Source: Bacteroidota bacterium
GTDB taxonomy: Bacteria; Bacteroidota; Bacteroidia; J057; JAJTIE01
DNA: 64,000 bases
NCBI GenBank assembly: GCA_021300195.1
Contig: JAJTIE010000010.1
Span: 15,605 to 79,604 of the forward strand
Reading direction: 5' to 3'
The notes under the pieces are model-generated. The model did no database searches. It saw only the letters and a program-made list of their open reading frames with translations, and was not told the DNA's origin. The stretch's first letter is position 1. Every line of letters begins with the position of its first letter. Below are positions 62,947 through 64,000 of the stretch, piece after piece. The position numbers were made by a program, and so were the translations under genes.

Positions 62947-64000
62947 ATGCATATACCCAAGATCTCGCTGCCACTTTGGCTCGCACTTGTAGCCCTGCTG
63001 CCTGGTGTAGCCTGGGCACAGCAGGGCAATGAAATAGAGATCCTGAACGCGGATGTGCTAACCGTGACGCAAACCCCCAATGGTGAGGTGCGGCAGATGA
63101 CCGGTAATGTAGCCATGAAGCAAGACAGCACCTATCTGTACTGCGAGCTGGCCTACCAATACCCAGACCGCAATACCGTAGAGGCGCAGCAGAATGTGCG
63201 TATCGTAATGCAGGATGTAACCCTGTATGCAGACCGTGCCACCTACGACGGAAACACCCGCATTGCCCGCTGCGAGGGGAACATCCGCCTGGTGCGCGGG
63301 GGGGCCGTGCTGCGCACACAGCGCCTTACCTACTACCGAGACCCCGCCTATGGCTACTACGACACCGGCGGAACGCTGACAGACAGCAGCAATGTGCTGA
63401 CCAGCCAGTATGGCTACTTCTACACCCGCGAGGATCGGGCGCTATTCAAGCAACAGGTGGTGTACCGGGCCGGAACGGACTATGTACTAACCACCGATAG
63501 CCTGCGCTACCAGGTGGATAGGGACGTGGCGTACTTTGTAGATGCCAGCCGGGTGCGCAGTACGGATAGCCTGCAGCACATGTATACCGAGCGGGGCTGG
63601 TATGATGCCCCAAACAAGGAGATGCTGCTGTGGCAAAACACCTGGTATCAGGACACCAGCTATACCCTGGCTGCCGACACCCTGTACTACCACCATGCGC
63701 AAGACAGTGGCTGGGCCCACTGCCACATACAGGTGTGGCAGAATGACACTTCTGCCTTTCTGGGAGCCGAACGGGCAAGATTCCTGCAGAAAGCGGGCAA
63801 GCTGTGGCTGTGGGAAGACCCCTGGATGCTGCAGTTTCAGGCCAATGACACCCTGGCCCTGTACGCCGACACGCTTTTTGCGCACGAGGACAGCACGGCG
63901 GGCATACACCTGCTAGAGGGCTACCACAATGTGCAATTTCGCACACCACAGCTACAGGCGCGCGCACACCACCTGCGCTACAACCGGGCCGACTCCAGCA
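62947..64000 (+). CDS. OstA/LptA-like periplasmic protein, N-terminal 351 codons (3' end lies outside the window)
   Basis: It is absent from the ORF track because no stop falls in the window. I translated it by hand and found no stops from the ATG at 62947 to the window end. It has a signal peptide (MHIPKISLPLWLALVALLPGVAWAQ) and repeated OstA-like beta-jellyroll pattern segments (ILNADVLTV..., LYADRATYDG..., LAADTLYYH..., LYADTLFAH...). Confidence 0.55.
   Translation, partial: MHIPKISLPLWLALVALLPGVAWAQQGNEIEILNADVLTVTQTPNGEVRQMTGNVAMKQDSTYLYCELAYQYPDRNTVEAQQNVRIVMQDVTLYADRATYDGNTRIARCEGNIRLVRGGAVLRTQRLTYYRDPAYGYYDTGGTLTDSSNVLTSQYGYFYTREDRALFKQQVVYRAGTDYVLTTDSLRYQVDRDVAYFVDASRVRSTDSLQHMYTERGWYDAPNKEMLLWQNTWYQDTSYTLAADTLYYHHAQDSGWAHCHIQVWQNDTSAFLGAERARFLQKAGKLWLWEDPWMLQFQANDTLALYADTLFAHEDSTAGIHLLEGYHNVQFRTPQLQARAHHLRYNRADSS

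Noticed and set aside
1-64000. A search of the whole window for CRISPR arrays, transposases, integrases, reverse transcriptases, toxin-antitoxin pairs, restriction-modification genes or known defence-system genes.
   Set aside because: I found none by reading the ORF translations and the spacers. Apart from the few AT-richer genes reported as findings, the window is core-genome-like.

Overview
This 64-kb window looks like a high-GC chromosome of Bacteroidota type. That placement is an inference from gene content: a T9SS-type C-terminal sorting domain, a short primary sigma factor, TAnnTTTG '-7' promoter boxes, and the gene orders sigma54-regulator/LptE/SecG and FtsX/DUF3098/UppP/TruB. I support about 63 protein genes. 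They are densely packed and mostly housekeeping: dnaE, uvrA, rpoD, prfB, holA, trxA, trxB, pfkA, tpiA, rpiB, nadC, asnB, purS, tadA, tsaE, truB, uppP, ftsX and secG. There is one tRNA-Asp(GTC). I saw no rRNA, CRISPR array, transposase, integrase, reverse transcriptase or phage genes, and I cannot point to an unmistakable new defence or mobile system. The best candidates for something undescribed are listed below.

1. An AT-richer three-gene module (57488..58986) encodes a SiaB-like kinase, a SiaC/DUF1987-like phosphoprotein and a coiled-coil/2-TM protein. No PP2C phosphatase or GGDEF partner is present in the window.
2. A secreted protein with five CxDC motifs lies downstream of trxB. Its TAG stop is followed in frame by a 41-codon hydrophobic-tail ORF.
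3. The roughly 400-bp spacer upstream of holA is highly structured, with 11-nt-phased TTAAC repeats and an inverted pair of DnaA-box-like sites abutting the promoter.
4. A T9SS cargo gene shows an abrupt compositional break.
5. A perfect in-frame 15-bp tandem duplication sits inside the FAD-binding helix of an oxidoreductase.

The ORF track hides the classical +1 programmed frameshift of prfB, which I reconstructed from the sequence. All GC statements are by-eye impressions, not computed. All family calls come from motif recognition, not database searches.
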